Under the pieces are notes generated by a model. That model had not been told where the DNA came from, did no database searches, and worked only from the letters and a program-made list of their open reading frames with translations. DNA of 62,987 bases, counting the filler, from Octopus bimaculoides (lineage: Eukaryota), in assembly GCF_001194135.2 (NCBI RefSeq). It is 8 parts of 8 records of this genome, joined end to end, with 100 filler letters (N's around TTAATTAATTAA, not from the genome) between each part and the next. Parts side by side here need not be neighbours in the genome. Positions count along the whole stretch, not along the records: positions 50,883 to 55,568 come from NC_068987.1; positions 55,669 to 58,123 come from NC_068990.1; positions 58,224 to 61,761 come from NC_069004.1; positions 61,862 to 62,987 come from NW_026406966.1; 4 more parts are not named here. One strand, written 5' to 3'. This document shows positions 51,396 through 62,987 of this stretch, one piece after another; the stretch's first letter is position 1, and the number at the start of each line of letters is the position of its first letter. Made by a program: the position numbers and the translations under genes.

Positions 51396-51977
51396 CTGTT
51401 TCGGCATTATGTGTCAAAAGTGAAACAATAACATCTCTAATGTAATGTGAGATAACAGTTTCAGTCTTAATAGTTTCACTATTAATACTTTCACTACGTA
51501 TATAATATATACATAGTGAAGCTATTAACAATGAAATTATTATTTCACATTACATACATACATACATACATAGAAGCATACATATACATGTTAGACGTTT
51601 GGCAAAACACACCGCACACCGATCGAATAAGTACTAGGCTTACAAAGAACAAATGTTGGGGTTGATTTCTTCGACTAAAGGTGATACCTCACCATGTCCA
51701 CAGTCACATAAACACACACACACACACATACATACATACATACATACATACATACATACATACATACGTACATACATACATACATACTGACAAACAGATA
51801 TTCATGTAAATATGTAAATATATATATATACAAACATGCCTGTATGCATGTGTGTATCTATGTGTATGTTTGTGTGGGCGTGTGTGAGTGAGGTTTGTCC
51901 AACAGAACTTAAAAGTAAACAATCAAGGTTTTGTTTTACTTACAACGTAATAAGACGAGTCTTTTGCAAAATGTTAC

Positions 51978-52032
51978 CTTCTAATGTTGACACATTGCTC
52001 TCAACAATTTTTCCAGTTTTAGGACTCATCAT
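51978..52032 (-). CDS. Putative first coding exon of 2xRRM + IDR gene (MMSPKTGKIVESNVSTLE)
   Basis: ATGATG at 52032; donor GAAG|GTAACA (phase 1) joins G+AT=Asp to exon 50489. The 5' boundary is uncertain and an assembly linker lies between this exon and the next. Confidence 0.45.
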
Positions 52033-53129
52033 GGAACTTGTTTTAGAGTGCAAGTTAGAGTACAGTTCCCTTTGTGAATTTTCTTCGATATCTTCTTTCG
52101 CTTGAAATCAGCAACCTTCTTGGGTGGATTTGAACGTTGAAAAGAAAATAAGTCCTCAGGGACCAGGGCGGCTTCGGAATGAGAGTAATTTCCTAATTTG
52201 TCAAGAAGCTACAGATAAGGAGTAATGCNNNNNNNNNNNNNNNNNNNNNNNNNNNNNNNNNNNNNNNNNNNNNNNNNNNNNNNNNNNNNNNNNNNNNNNN
52301 NNNNNNNNNNNNNNNNNNNNNNNNNNNNNNNNNNNNNNNNNNNNNNNNNNNNNNNNNNNNNNNNNNNNNNNNNNNNNNNNNNNNNNNNNNNNNNNNNNNN
52401 NNNNNNNNNNNNNNNNNNNNNNNNNNNNNNNNNNNNNNNNNNNNNNNNNNNNNNNNNNNNNNNNNNNNNNNNNNNNNNNNNNNNNNNNNNNNNNNNNNNN
52501 NNNNNNNNNNNNNNNNNNNNNNNNNNNNNNNNNNNNNNNNNNNNNNNNNNNNNNNNNNNNNNNNNNNNNNNNNNNNNNNNNNNNNNNNNNNNNNNNNNNN
52601 NNNNNNNNNNNNNNNNNNNNNNNNNNNNNNNNNNNNNNNNNNNNNNNNNNNNNNNNNNNNNNNNNNNNNNNNNNNNNNNNNNNNNNNNNNNNNNNNNNNN
52701 NNNNNNNNNNNNNNNNNNNNNNNNNNNNNNNNNNNNNNNNNNNNNNNNNNNNNNNNNNNNNNNNNNNNNNNNNNNNNNNNNNNNNNNNNNNNNNNNNNNN
52801 NNNNNNNNNNNNNNNNNNNNNNNNNNNNNNNNNNNNNNNNNNNNNNNNNNNNNNNNNNNNNNNNNNNNNNNNNNNNNNNNNNNNNNNNNNNNNNNNNNNN
52901 NNNNNNNNNNNNNNNNNNNNNNNNNNNNNNNNNNNNNNNNNNNNNNNNNNNNNNNNNNNNNNNNNNNNNNNNNNNNNNNNNNNNNNNNNNNNNNNTACTT
53001 TTAGTGTGGATCAGACGAAATTGAACAGAGTCAGGTGAGGATTTTTTATGGACCACATCACGCACTTCTGCAAAATGATCGGTGTCCGTTGTCATGACAA
53101 ATCGTCAAGATTTGCAATAGTCTCCAGTG

Positions 53130-54330
53130 GAAGTTCTTCCCAATTTCAAAAGAAACTGATACCATTTGTGACATTGCAAACAGCGCATACAATCGTCTCC
53201 ATAGACTTATTGCAATATTAACAAAGTCTCCACGAAAGATTTTCCCAATTCAAAGTAAATTTTCGCAGAAATACGTTACACTTACATACAATGGCCCGGG
53301 AACGAAATTTGCTTAGGAGGGTGCAAATTCAGATCCAAAATCTTTTTACAATCAAGGCCGATTTTTCTTCTATCTTAATATCAAATCAAACACAGGTATA
53401 ATAATATTTTTTGCTATTATATATCGAAAATTAATGCTTCAAATCACTCCAAAAATTCTTCGTTCGTTTGGGTGATGAGGTCTTCCAAGAACATATCCAA
53501 AGTGTTTTCCTTGCACAAGTTTTTATGTACATACATTACAGGACAGTATGTCAGACGATGTTGCGTCATTGTGGTATAGAGTCAGGTCTTCAAACAGCAA
53601 AGTGTGTTGAACATTCACTCACTTGATGCAACATGACATTTTTATCACAAAGGCTTGTCCATAGCGCTATCAGAAGAATGATGATTTGGTGAACAAAGTT
53701 CAATGCATCGGTGACCATGGCAACCGTAGATCCAACTTCTTGGAGGACAAGGTCAGAGACTGGCTTCCGCAGTGTACAAAATATGCGCCAGGAAATGTCT
53801 TTTAATCTCTTTTGTATCCATGAAATGCTTCCGCTCATTGTACATGCACCATCAAAGGCAAAAGCAGCATAATTTTGAGACCTGTTAAATGTTTAGACAA
53901 CAGAAAACATGGAGAATAACGTTAGTTAGTGTCACCGAAGTGCAGTCGGGAGAATCTTCGTGAACATCTTGGTTTTCAGAAACAATAACTGATTCTTGTT
54001 CCATGCCAGAGCAATCACATATAATACCAATAAACATAGAATCTTCAATCATTTTTCTGATCTCATGTAACGTGTTATGGGTATATGCTTCTAGGATTTT
54101 ATTTTGTATGGTATCAGATAGGAAATTAACTCACTGATTTACTTCTGCAACACATTCTTCGGCAAGTTTACTTATGAGATTTACAAAGTTTCCTGTGACA
54201 TGTGTTAACTTTCTCTTCAAAGATGGAACTAGTAGCTTATTTTATCTTTTACTGAGGATATTCCTTAATCCTTCAACAATGGAACTGCGAATTGCTATTA
54301 TCTTTTAGTAAGGAGTTCCTTAACTCTCTG
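53130..54330 (-). mobile_element. Degenerate hAT transposase (ZMYM1-like type)
   Basis: GNFVNLI, FLSDTIQNKILE, FIGIICDCSGMEQESV, AFAFDGACTMSGS, YFVHCGSQSLTL; multiple stops. Confidence 0.8.
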
Positions 54331-54399
54331 ATCATGAAAGCGCTAACCACTATTATTTTTCACTAAATATGTTCTTTTATTCTTCGATGAACTGATAAC

Positions 54400-55568
54400 T
54401 ACTAATATTCTTTATTATTGTGTAGACAGAAACTTCTTCCATGAATAAATCTTTGGAATTTTTTCACTCCGAATATGATTGTTAACGCTTCCTTTTCTAT
54501 TTGACTATGGCTCCTTTCTACTGGTAATAACGATCGTGACGCATGGGCTATAGCCTTTTTACTCCCATCGTCATATTTGTGCAGAAGCACTGCTCCTACA
54601 CCGTAATCCTTCGCATCTGTAGCCAATATAATATCTAGCTTCGGATTAAAATGCGTTAATGATAAGTTCTGTGTTAAAATGTTTTTTTAATTCGTCAAAT
54701 GCCTTCTGGCACTGTAAGTCCAGCACCATTTTGCATTTTTCGTTAACAAATCATTGAACGGGGCCCTTACATTGTATATATTGGGGATATAAATTTGGTA
54801 GTGATTTACTACTCCCAAGAACGCTTATAACATAGTCACATTATTCGGCGCGGGCATATTTTTTATCGCAACTGCTCTAGATGAATCCAGTTTCCGTTCG
54901 TTTTTATCTATTTTCTATGGCCCGAGTATTTATTTAATTTTTTTCAGAAAGAACTCGCAGTTTTCTTCACTTAACTAAAACCGTATTCTCTTATCGTTTC
55001 GAATACTCTTTTAACGTGTTCTACATGCTGTTCGTGTGATTCGCTTTTTATTAGGATATCGTCTAAGTAGGCGATAGCAAAATCACTGCCCGCCAGCATT
55101 GTATCCATTACTTGTTGAAATATGTAAGGAGCCACTTTTATACCGGAGGGAAGCCACTTAAATTCAAATAAACCACGATGTGTACTAATGGCTAATAAGT
55201 GTGAACATTCTTCTACTTGGATTTGTAAATATGTCTCCGAGAGGTCTAATTTTGAGAAGAATTTCCCTCCATTCAGTTTTGCGAACACTTCCTCAGGACT
55301 CGACAATGGGTAGTTATGTGAAATTAAGCAATCATTCAACCCCTTTGAAAAATCTGTGCACTCCTAACTTATTTTTCTTTTTTACGTAGACCGTAGGTGC
55401 TGCCCAATCTGAGTGGTCTGTCTTTTCGATTATTCCTAGGCTTTCAAGTTCCTTATTTACCTGTTCTAGTGCCACGATCGGTACATTATGTTTTGGTTTA
55501 AATACAGATGTTGCACTTTGATTTACTACAATTTTTGCTTTCGCTTTCGATCCCTCAGCCGCATTCGA
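54400..55568 (-). mobile_element. Gypsy LTR-retrotransposon pol fragment (RT and RNase H), decayed and cut by a linker
   Basis: SDWAAPTVYV, FSKLDLSETYLQI, YLDDILI, LATDAKDYGVGAVL, SQIEKEALTIIFGVKKF; frameshifts and stops. Confidence 0.92.
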
Positions 55569-55668
55569 NNNNNNNNNNNNNNNNNNNNNNNNNNNNNNNN
55601 NNNNNNNNNNNNTTAATTAATTAANNNNNNNNNNNNNNNNNNNNNNNNNNNNNNNNNNNNNNNNNNNN

Positions 55669-55739
<71 letters not shown>

Positions 55740-55994
55740 TACGTATAAGAAAAAAAGAACAAAGGGAAACCTTCGTTGCTGCGCAATTAATTAGTGCTCA
55801 GTATGACCAAAACATAACAAAAATCAAAGTGGATGACAGAGATTTTCGTAGGTCAAGTTCCTTTATCATGGGAATACAAAATACATAAGAAAAATTCATC
55901 GAGATGTTAGGTTTCAAGCGCTCCGATATTACAATCTAAAGGAAAGCGGCATTACTAAATCTTACGATCGTTATATACATTACTTGTTTACAGT

Positions 55995-56390
55995 TATTTT
56001 TACCGTGGCCATGTTGGAGCATTGCCTAGAAAAAAAAAATCTTCGTCGCACTTATTCTATCAGTCTATTTTGGTGAACCACTAAGTTATTGGGACGTGAG
56101 CACACCATTGCCGGTTATCAAGCAGCGATGGGGGACAAAATGCAGACGCAGACATAATGATACTCTTACGTACACAAAGGCATATGTGTGTGTGCGTGTG
56201 TGTGTACGTGTATACACACACACACACACACACAACGGGGTCCTTTCCATTTCCGTTTACCAAATCGACTCACAAGCTTTGATCGACCTGAGGCTATAGT
56301 AGAAGACACTTGCCCAATGCTACGCAATGGGACTGAACTCGGAACTATGTGGTTGCGAAGCAACCTTTGTGCCGCACAGCCACTTCTGCG
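55995..56390 (-). mobile_element. SINE family B
   Basis: Reverse complement of B. Confidence 0.8.
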
Positions 56391-57414
56391 CATATATNNN
56401 NNNNNNNNNNNNNNNNNNNNNNNNNNNNNNNNNNNNNNNNNNNNNNNNNNNNNNNNNNNNNNNNNNNNNNNNNNNNNNNNNNNNNNNNNNNNNNNNNNNN
56501 NNNNNNNNNNNNNNNNNNNNNNNNNNNNNNNNNNNNNNNNNNNNNNNNNNNNNNNNNNNNNNNNNNNNNNNNNNNNNNNNNNNNNNNNNNNNNNNNNNNN
56601 NNNNNNNNNNNNNNNNNNNNNNNNNNNNNNNNNNNNNNNNNNNNNNNNNNNNNNNNNNNNNNNNNNNNNNNNNNNNNNNNNNNNNNNNNNNNNNNNNNNN
56701 NNNNNNNNNNNNNNNNNNNNNNNNNNNNNNNNNNNNNNNNNNNNNNNNNNNNNNNNNNNNNNNNNNNNNNNNNNNNNNNNNNNNNNNNNNNNNNNNNNNN
56801 NNNNNNNNNNNNNNNNNNNNNNNNNNTATATATATATATATATATTTCTCTCTCTCTCTATGTTATATATAACATTACTTATTATATAACATATTACTAG
56901 ACAGTCCAAGATACACTATACTTAAACAGGATATGAGGGTGGTGAAGGATTGGACACCAGTCACCATAGGTCTGTTTTATTAGATATGAATTACGATATA
57001 AAACAAATATAGAAATTTTGTTGACATAATTTTCGTTACATGTGTCCTATAATTATCATTTCAATATATATATAGAATTACATATTCAAGTCGAATTTTA
57101 ACATTCCTACTTATATATATTTGTAATTTTTGTTTTACTTTACTCAATATTTTATTTTATATGTTCACCTAGTTTCTTATCTCTTTTTTTTTTAACCTAG
57201 ATTTCTAATTTACTTATTATATTTTTTCGAGGCCTCATTTTGTCTAATTGATAATCAGGGTGAATGATGAGTGGCTAACATCAGAGCACGCGTCGTACAT
57301 CCATTTATAATACACAACATTACTGGGATATGGGGCCGCCTCGGGACATTTTCGTTTCTGAAAAACGTGTTTCTTTGAATGAAAGCTTGTTAACAACAAA
57401 ATGTACGTGCATAA

Positions 57415-57472
<58 letters not shown>

Positions 57473-57660
57473 NNNNNNNNNNNNNNNNNNNNNNNNNNNN
57501 NNNNNNNNNNNNNNNNNNNNNNNNNNNNNNNNNNNNNNNNNNNNNNNNNNNNNNNNNNNNNNNNNNNNNNNNNNNNNNNNNNCGCTCCCACCCACTCGCC
57601 ATCCACTGACCCACCCACCTACAGACACACATACACATATGCACGCACAAATACAACATA

Positions 57661-57715
<55 letters not shown>

Positions 57716-57883
57716 CATACACATATATGTAAAGATAGAGAGACACAGGCGACAGATAGGCTTATAAGCAGCGAACTGGCAGAGTTGACAGAGCGCGGTA
57801 TGGAATGCCCAAGAAAGACTGTATATCAGGACGACGCGACTCTCGACAGACTCAGGCAAAAGAAAGAAGAAAAGTACGAGTAG

Positions 57884-57948
<65 letters not shown>

Positions 57949-58053
57949 ACTATCTATCTATCTATCTGTCTGTCTATCTGTCTGTCTGTCTGTCTGTCTG
58001 TCTATCAAGCTATTTATCTATCAATTTATCTCTCTCTCTAGCTATCTATCAAT

Positions 58054-58123
<70 letters not shown>

Positions 58124-58261
58124 NNNNNNNNNNNNNNNNNNNNNNNNNNNNNNNNNNNNNNNNNNNNTTAATTAATTAANNNNNNNNNNNNNNNNNNNNN
58201 NNNNNNNNNNNNNNNNNNNNNNNTATATATATATATATGTATATATATATATGTGTATATG

Positions 58262-58294
<33 letters not shown>

Positions 58295-58297
58295 GTG

Positions 58298-58396
<99 letters not shown>

Positions 58397-58529
58397 ATAT
58401 ATATGTGTATATATATATGTGTATATACATACATGTATATACTTAACCACTCTTCTCACTTTTACTCACATCTAACTATTTCTCCATCTTATTCTTACTC
58501 CTTTTTCTCCTGATACAGCACACACACAC

Positions 58530-58561
<32 letters not shown>

Positions 58562-59109
58562 ATCTGTCTACATGTTTGTATGTGTATGTATATGTATATC
58601 TGTGTACATGTTTGTGCGTGTGTGTGTGTGTGTCGCTGACCTTTTTTGACACAATTAGCTCGGGTGGTGGGTGGGGGTGGCATAAGTCTTGTGTCTAAAG
58701 TGATCCCTAACATTTTCTGTGTTGATAAAGGCTTGGGTGTTGGCAGAAGGGGTGTATGGTAAGGGCTCACGTGTATCCCTCCCTCCAAAGGACTAGTAGA
58801 CCCCTACAGCTGAGTCTCAATCGCTTCTATCTCTCTCTCTCTCTCTCTCCCTCTCTCCCTATTCCTTCCCCACCACTCTACAACCATGTTCCTTTCCATA
58901 TATGGACTGTTTGGTTGTATGTATGTGTGTGTGTTTGAATTGAGTGACTGAGTGTGTACATGTTGATTCAGCTGTGTTACAAGTGTGTACTGTATGTGTA
59001 TATGTGTGTACACATATGTATGTATAAGTGTGTGAACAACGAAACATATCTGTACATATATACATTACATACATATACGTTTACATATACACACATTCTC
59101 AAATATATC

Positions 59110-59470
59110 ACCATCATCATTTAACGCCTGTTGTCCATGCTGGCATGGGTTGGACGGTTTGACCAGGGCTGGTAAGCTGAGGGGCTGCACCAGACACCAG
59201 TCTAACTTGGCATGGTCCATATGGCTGGTTGCCCTGCCAAATCAGATTGGAGTTTGGTGCAGCCCCCTCACCGTCCTACCCATGCCAGCATGGACGACAG
59301 ACATTGGAGTGGGTGTGTGGTAAAGAAACTTGCCTCTTAACCACATGGCTCCGGGTTCAATCGCACTGCATGGCACCTTGCGCAAGTGTCTTCTGTTATA
59401 GACTCGGGCCGACCAAAGCCTTGTGAGTGGATTTGATAGACGGAAACTGCAAGTCCGTCGTATATATATA
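59110..59470. mobile_element. Inverted pair of family D tails followed by SINE B (+, 59308-59470)
   Basis: catcatcatttaacg..catgctggcatggg and cccatgccagcatggac; then B head. Confidence 0.75.
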
Positions 59471-61065
59471 TCTATATATATATATATGTATATATATGTA
59501 TATATATGTATGTATGTGTGTGTGTGTTCCTAGTTTTTTTTTTGGTGGGGGGGGGATTAACTATATATATATATATTTCAAAATGGGACATGAAAATGAT
59601 TAACGAAAAAGCGAAAGACAAGGAAAGATGGAGATATTTCTTATTAGCCGGGAAAATCTATAATACAAGCGCTGTTCGCGCCAGTATTATAAGGAATATC
59701 ACTGAGGTGAAGGATAAATAGACAAAAGGAGAAAGACAATAAAATGCGAATAGTAACAACACCAACAAGAACAACACACATATTGTGTGCGCGCGTGCAT
59801 AGGTTTCGTGAATAATCGGAGGAACGGAACTGTGTAAGTGTTTTGCAATAGTCCTTTGTTTTGTTCTTTTCCAAATTTACAAACGTGACTCAAAATTCGA
59901 ATTTCGTACTTAACACTTTATGGTAGTCAAACCATACATAGTATACCAATTAATTGAAATTTCCATGCAATTAGTAACCCAGAACTCCCCGAGTTTTTGT
60001 TAGAATTTTATAGGTGAGCAAGGTAGTCACCCCGATACGATCATGGTTGGAGAATGAAGGCAGTGATAGGAGTGGATCTAGTCTTGAAGGTGAACAAGTG
60101 ACAGACATGTCTCCGTCTTATCGGGCCTCTATATAACCAACTCTATTCTACTCAGCAAGACCTAGAAGTCAGCAGTGTGCATATGTATATATATATATAT
60201 ATTAGTTTGCCTCAGCTCCACATAGCTTAGTTTCGTAGGCGTGTGGGACAGGTCCATCTCATCAGATGTTCGGAGCTGAGTGAGAGTTTTGAAAGAAAGT
60301 CAAGGTGGCTTCTGGGTGTCACACAGCACCTAGCATCAGATTAGTTGGGTCTGTCTGACGGCCACACAATAATTTAAGTCACGTGACACCGATTCAAACT
60401 GTTATTTAAAATATAAGTAACTCCTACTAAATGTGTCACACTACTTTCGTCTGTTTACAGCGCGCGCGCGCGTTTTGAAAGATCCTGGTATAGGAAACTA
60501 GTGTGTTTAATAAACATCGTCGTATGTTTATACACTTTGTATCGAAATCAATGGAAAGACAGTCACTATATACGGTTTAACAACGAAAGTTGCCCAAGAA
60601 TATTTCTACCTATCTATCTTATAAAATATGAGGGGGTTTAGTTCAGTGGTAATCTAAACGAATAGGTACGCTGTGTCAGGGCTATAATTGGTCGTCCGTT
60701 AAGTTCCAAGTTCACAGTTGAGGCTGGAGCTAGGGTTTCCGAGTTAGCGAGAAAAAAGGACAAGAAAACCAAGGCAGAACGAGTATTTGAGGTCATTTAG
60801 AGTATTTAATTAGAGTAAGGTGAATTTAATTATCTTATATGTATATGTAAGTGTGTGTATTAAGTAAAAGGATTTTGGATAATTCTTTCTTAGCGTTTTC
60901 GTTTCATTCATCGTGACTCCTCAGATTAGAGTGGTACAGAAAATTTCTTTGCCTTTTATACAAATCTAGAAAAGGATGTTTTAAAGCAAAGAAATTTTCT
61001 GTAAGACATATCGAAGGCGTCTCGGCGAATGAGACGAAAGCGCTAATGGAGAACTATCCAAAATT

Positions 61066-61104
<39 letters not shown>

Positions 61105-61861
61105 GGAGGGAGGGAGAGAGTTCTCCGAGGGAACCTCTTGGTGGTATCTCAATTTACTTCAAATACCAGCCAAATCTATCCAGCTCACATTATAGCTTAC
61201 CGTCTTGGAGCAAAAGAAAGAAGAAAAAAGACACTAGATAATGTAGATACATAGACGGGATGGCCACAGATGGAATATCTCTTCTTTTTATCTTGATCCA
61301 TAGGTCTGCTGGATCGAATTGACCTGGGGTTAAACAGCAAAGACAACAACAAACAAAAAAACAGAAGATTCCCACCTCCCCTCAGTTCTTCATATATTCT
61401 AACTGATAAACATTTATATACACACACAGTAGCTCTTGTCCCCATACGTATACTGATAGTTCGTCTCTCAGACACACGCCGTGCGCAGTTTAACACACAC
61501 GTATAAATAACCCACACTCTAAACACGCAACATATAATACTACACACACACACGCACACACACACACACACACTATCATCGGAGTATAACATTGGCGCAC
61601 ATACTCTCTCCCTCCCTCTCTCTCTCTCTCTCTGTCTGTCTCTCTTTCTCTCTAATTCCTTCGCTCTCTCCTGCTAAATCTACACAACGTCACGAATCGC
61701 GGCATTTGATTGGGGAGGTCCCACGCTCTCTCGCTCTTTCTTTCTCAGTCATATTTTTCTANNNNNNNNNNNNNNNNNNNNNNNNNNNNNNNNNNNNNNN
61801 NNNNNTTAATTAATTAANNNNNNNNNNNNNNNNNNNNNNNNNNNNNNNNNNNNNNNNNNNN

Positions 61862-62987
61862 TGACCAGAGTACGGGTTCAAAACCCAGCCCAGGAGATAG
61901 GGATATAATGCTAATTGCATCTTCGGTCGTCGCATCACTACCCCTTCCCTAGTTCTTTGTCGTCCCGACAAAAACAAAAAACATTTCTACTCCTAAATCG
62001 ATTCTTTTCTCTTTCAGACTTTCTTAGCAAGTGAATCCAACCCCTGTAGGTGTGTTCCAGCTGAACTGTCCAGAGCCATGGTACTTCCACAGACGGTTTG
62101 CGTGTACAGTTTTCGGAGAAGTTCTCCTGCCTCCTCGAATCCGGTATGTCACATCGGACAGGCGATCTATTACTGTATAAAGCCCTTCCCATGGACTCTG
62201 CAACTTCGGTGACTGTCCTCTTTTCCGCTTGAGGGTTATGAAACCACACTTCATCACCCTCCTTAAAGTTGGCTTCACTAGCCCTGGTGTCGTGCCGACG
62301 CTTCATTACTTCACCTGAAAACTTCAGGGCTTCTCTAACTTGCTGGTGTACCTCAGTCAGACTTTCCTGCAGATACTTCACATAGCTGGAGGTTTCCCTG
62401 GGCAGTTCCTCCCCTGGTGGTCTTCCTGATCCCCGCTGCAGCCACTCTACCACTGGCCCTAAGTCGGCATCTTCCATCTGCCTCTGTTGCACTTCTCCGG
62501 TAGCTACTGATCCAGTCACTGTGGTACGTCTACACTTTTTAATGTGCCCTTCTCTTCCTGCACAATGCAACTGACTTTGCCGCTGGTCCACTGCCTGGCA
62601 CAGTCCCAAGATTTGCCCTTTACAAATCTTCTGTGCCACTGTAGAAGAGTTGGCTGCTACATCCAGCACTTTATCAGCTCCTGCTTCCAGGGTCCGTCCG
62701 ACCCTCACTCTAGCTTTCAACTTGCCTCGTCTGTCGGGCTCCACCAGCCCCAGACAGCCATCAGTCGGATTGCTCACACGACACTTGAGCAGCTTTTCCG
62801 ACNNNNNNNNNNCAGCCATCAGTCGGATTGCTCACACGACACTTGAGCAGCTTTTCCGACCGCGGTGGTACCACTGTCGTCCGTAGCGCTCTTACCTCGC
62901 TACCGGGCGTGGTTCGCTTTATCACCTCAACAGGGACCGATCTTCCCTGTACCGAAAGCTTCATCAACCGCAAGTCCAGCTGACAAT
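61862..62987 (-). mobile_element. GC-rich, internally deleted Gypsy element: pol pieces, integrase C-terminus, PPT and start of the 3' LTR
   Basis: QMEDADLGPVVEWL, MKRRHD..FKEGDEVWFHNP, SPKLQSPWEGLYTVIDRLSDVTYRI, VHANRL; PPT AGGGAAGGGG at 61950-61941 followed by TG at 61937. Confidence 0.85.

Noticed and set aside
60631-60660. gggggtttagttcagtggtaa as a tRNA 5' end
   Set aside because: No anticodon arm or T-loop follows.
61195-61230. 3-nt minus-strand microexon (pyrimidine tract-aag|ACG|gtaagc)
   Set aside because: Weak AAG acceptor and no host transcript can be shown; such motifs arise by chance.

Overview
Repeat-rich, AT-rich eukaryotic scaffold. It is most likely an octopus (coleoid cephalopod); this is inferred from the SINE families and microsatellite load. 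It has many N gaps, and seven 100-bp N44-TTAATTAATTAA-N44 linkers divide it into eight joined pieces. Main content: (1) A minus-strand gene at about 39.7-52.0 kb, assembled by hand from 9 phase-compatible GT-AG exons (about 1,860 visible codons). It encodes two degenerate RRMs, built from a duplicated exon pair, followed by over 1,600 aa of R/G/D/S-rich low-complexity sequence with internal repeats. The ORF track misses the RRMs because they are split across exons. (2) The first coding exon of a secreted VWA7-like protein (36993-37293, minus), with a long leader carrying a polyQ uORF and a tight intronic hairpin. (3) Remnants of two hAT transposases, two Gypsy elements (one internally deleted), a mariner, a pogo-like element and a Helitron-like element, plus MITE-like inverted repeats and dozens of SINE copies from several modular families. 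There are no CRISPR arrays, rRNA genes or convincing tRNA genes. All homology calls rest on motif recognition by eye and need database confirmation.
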